Positions 61,949 to 64,000 of a stretch of DNA of 64,000 nucleotides are shown in pieces (the stretch's first letter is position 1; every line of letters starts with the position of its first letter). Made by a program: the position numbers and the translations under genes. Below the pieces are notes generated by a model. It ran no database searches and had not been told where the DNA came from. It saw only the letters and a program-made list of their open reading frames with translations. The stretch lies in the NCBI GenBank assembly GCA_051599415.1, contig AP039698.1:434001-498000 (forward strand). Reading direction: 5' to 3'. This stretch comes from Savitreella phatthalungensis. Its lineage: Eukaryota.

Positions 61949-63799
61949 TCACGCTTCTTCCTCTTCGATGACTTCCCTTGGAATGTTTAACCACATCGAG
62001 CATGACTCACCACGGATGTGCGAGGTCTGGCGCGAGTGGCCTGGGGAGGCTCCTGCACCGAGTAACGGGTTGCCAGTAAGCCAGTTACTCAGCGCTTGCG
62101 GCTCCATCATTGCGCACCCTGTTACCGGGTCGAAAGATATGTCGTCGAGTAAGGATGGTCCTCGCATGTGTAAGGGCACAGCATGCTTGCCGGAAGACTC
62201 CACGGCAGGGATGGAGTCAAGACCTGCAATATCACTGGCTGGCTGCAGCATCGCTGGCAATGGATTGCCGTCGTCATCCTCATCTCCTGTCGTCAACATA
62301 GCCGCAGATTTAAGGAAAATCGGTAGATAGCCATGTGGCTGCGGCGCTTGGCCAGCAGCAAGAGCCTCCTGGATTGAAGGCAGACGAGCATGGCCGAGAC
62401 GGGGCGATTTGCTCTGGGAGCGTGTGACCCGGCGACTCGGCGGGTCCAACACATGCGAGCTCGTTGCGACCTTCATCAGTGTCGTCGGCTTCTTCGATGG
62501 GCTTTCTGGTAGACTGGGAGTCGTCGTCCGAGAGTCGCCAGGCGCTGCTTTGCTCTTGCGTTCGCTGCGCTGTTTGGTAGTTTCCGTGTATGGGTTGAAT
62601 TGCTGTCCGGTCTGATTTCTGAATTCGAACTGCAGCCCAGTCGAGGATGGCGTCTCTTGTGGTAAAGCCGGTGTCTTGACAGAAGGCCGGCGTGTTTCAG
62701 CCACCTGCCGTGGAGTACGCGTTGGGGCGGCGATCTCAAGCTGTTCCACCTGCTGTTCCTCCGGGCAATGCTGTTGCTGCAATTGTTGTTGCTGTTGCAT
62801 CGATGGATATACATAATCCCGGTCGAACTCGCCCTTTTTCGGCGATGATGGGACGGGAGTTCGCAGGGGATAATTGACGAAGGGCGCGGCATTTGAGGAA
62901 GATAGAGGAGGTGCGCGTGGCACTGGCTGGACAAGCATGGGCGCCTGGTAGAACTGCTCTGGAGAGACCAGACCACTACTCCAGCCCAGAGGTACCTGCT
63001 GAGGATACAGAGCAGGCCCGAAGCCCTGCTCTACAGACCCGATGATCGGCGTGTAGCCCGAGTTCGTGATACCGAGCCCTTGCTGCAATGCCAGAGACGC
63101 GCTTTGTCCCTCCGGAAGTAAGTAGCGTGAGTTTGTCGCTGCAATAACGGCGGCCTGTTGGTGCTGGCGCTGCAGTTGCTGCTGCTGTCGTTGAAGAACT
63201 TGCGCTTGTTGCAAATCTGGGGACATACTGCCAGCCTTTTCTGTCATAGCTGGCGTTTGCAGATGAGACCCGGCACGAGGCAGCCCAGCAGCTGTCACGG
63301 GATCAGCACGTGTGGTATGATATGTTCTCTGGGATCTGACCTGGAGCTGCTCCGAACCGTCGAGCTCGTCGTCATCATCATCGTCCTCGATACTCTGCTG
63401 TTGGCCTTGCGACAATTTTGGCGTGTCGCCAGTGTTCGGAATGACCGCATAAGTGTTCACGACGGCTACTTTGTCCTTTGTGATCCGCCAGACGCCCTGT
63501 GCAGGATCGTCGAGCTGCAGATCCGGTGAGGTGTCGTAGTTGCGAATGGGATCAACTGTGCAGAAGTCCTTCGAGATATAACGTTCCATCATGACTTGAG
63601 CACTGTCCTTACTACTTTCGTCCGAACTGTAAACATGGCACATATTCTTGCGATCGAACATGAGTACCACCACCTGTGTATCACACAGGACGGCCAATTC
63701 GTGTGCTTTCTTGAGAATACCATTACGTCGGCGGTTGAAGGTTACCTTGCGTGTCTTGTCATCCGATATCGGTTTAATCGTGATCTTCTTACGACCCAT
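61949..63799 (-). CDS. MEF2-type MADS-box transcription factor (Rlm1/Mbx1-like)
   Basis: MGRKKITIKPISDDKTRKVTFNRRRNGILKKAHELAVLCD followed by a Q/P/S-rich tail. Confidence 0.9.
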   Translation of the reverse strand: MGRKKITIKPISDDKTRKVTFNRRRNGILKKAHELAVLCDTQVVVLMFDRKNMCHVYSSDESSKDSAQVMMERYISKDFCTVDPIRNYDTSPDLQLDDPAQGVWRITKDKVAVVNTYAVIPNTGDTPKLSQGQQQSIEDDDDDDELDGSEQLQVRSQRTYHTTRADPVTAAGLPRAGSHLQTPAMTEKAGSMSPDLQQAQVLQRQQQQLQRQHQQAAVIAATNSRYLLPEGQSASLALQQGLGITNSGYTPIIGSVEQGFGPALYPQQVPLGWSSGLVSPEQFYQAPMLVQPVPRAPPLSSSNAAPFVNYPLRTPVPSSPKKGEFDRDYVYPSMQQQQQLQQQHCPEEQQVEQLEIAAPTRTPRQVAETRRPSVKTPALPQETPSSTGLQFEFRNQTGQQFNPYTETTKQRSERKSKAAPGDSRTTTPSLPESPSKKPTTLMKVATSSHVLDPPSRRVTRSQSKSPRLGHARLPSIQEALAAGQAPQPHGYLPIFLKSAAMLTTGDEDDDGNPLPAMLQPASDIAGLDSIPAVESSGKHAVPLHMRGPSLLDDISFDPVTGCAMMEPQALSNWLTGNPLLGAGASPGHSRQTSHIRGESCSMWLNIPREVIEEEEA

Positions 63800-64000
63800 G
63801 ACAGAAGAATATGAGTCCACGCCTCTGACCTATACAAATTTATGACGATTGTACCGCAGACGGTGGCCGCAAGAACTGATGTTTTGTGGTTGGTTCTACT
63901 TTCGACCGAGCGATACCAAAACAATAAACAGAGATTTGGTTTCAGACGTTGCCGTTGAGGCCACGTGCTTCGAAACTCAAAAGTGGGGCCGTGTGCTCGC

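Noticed and set aside
1..64000. CRISPR array, tRNA, rRNA, retroelement ORFs
   Set aside because: No repeat-spacer arrays, cloverleaf or rRNA signatures, or RT/integrase motifs were recognised by eye.

Overview
Gene-dense, almost intron-free fungal (ascomycete) genomic DNA of roughly 50-55% GC. The gene set and compactness look like a Taphrinomycotina-type yeast, but that assignment is inference. About 28 protein-coding genes are present, mostly conserved housekeeping or mitochondrial genes: SAH1, a Cds1/Chk2-type kinase, LAT1, UTP7, HIS6 fused to an SGNH hydrolase, NDUFA9, RPN9, an Mto1/centrosomin-like protein, ACO1, COA6, CYP505, mtTFB, FMP25, NOP9, eIF2A, an acyl-CoA dehydrogenase, BTN1 and a MEF2-type MADS-box factor. 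The most striking region is 42.8-50.0 kb. It holds three same-orientation, disabled copies of a protein family I do not recognise. Each copy carries its own inverted duplication of a different but overlapping part of the coding sequence, with near-perfect 109-257 bp stems, which makes it a candidate hairpin-RNA (dsRNA) array. An intact orphan ORF lies inside the array and an SRA-like/Zn-ribbon/AlkB gene lies next to it. Other points: a pre-miRNA-like hairpin at 15.07-15.18 kb, an in-frame SGNH-His6 fusion, and telomere-type TTAGGG repeats at two rearranged sites. All alignments were done by eye and no database searches were run.
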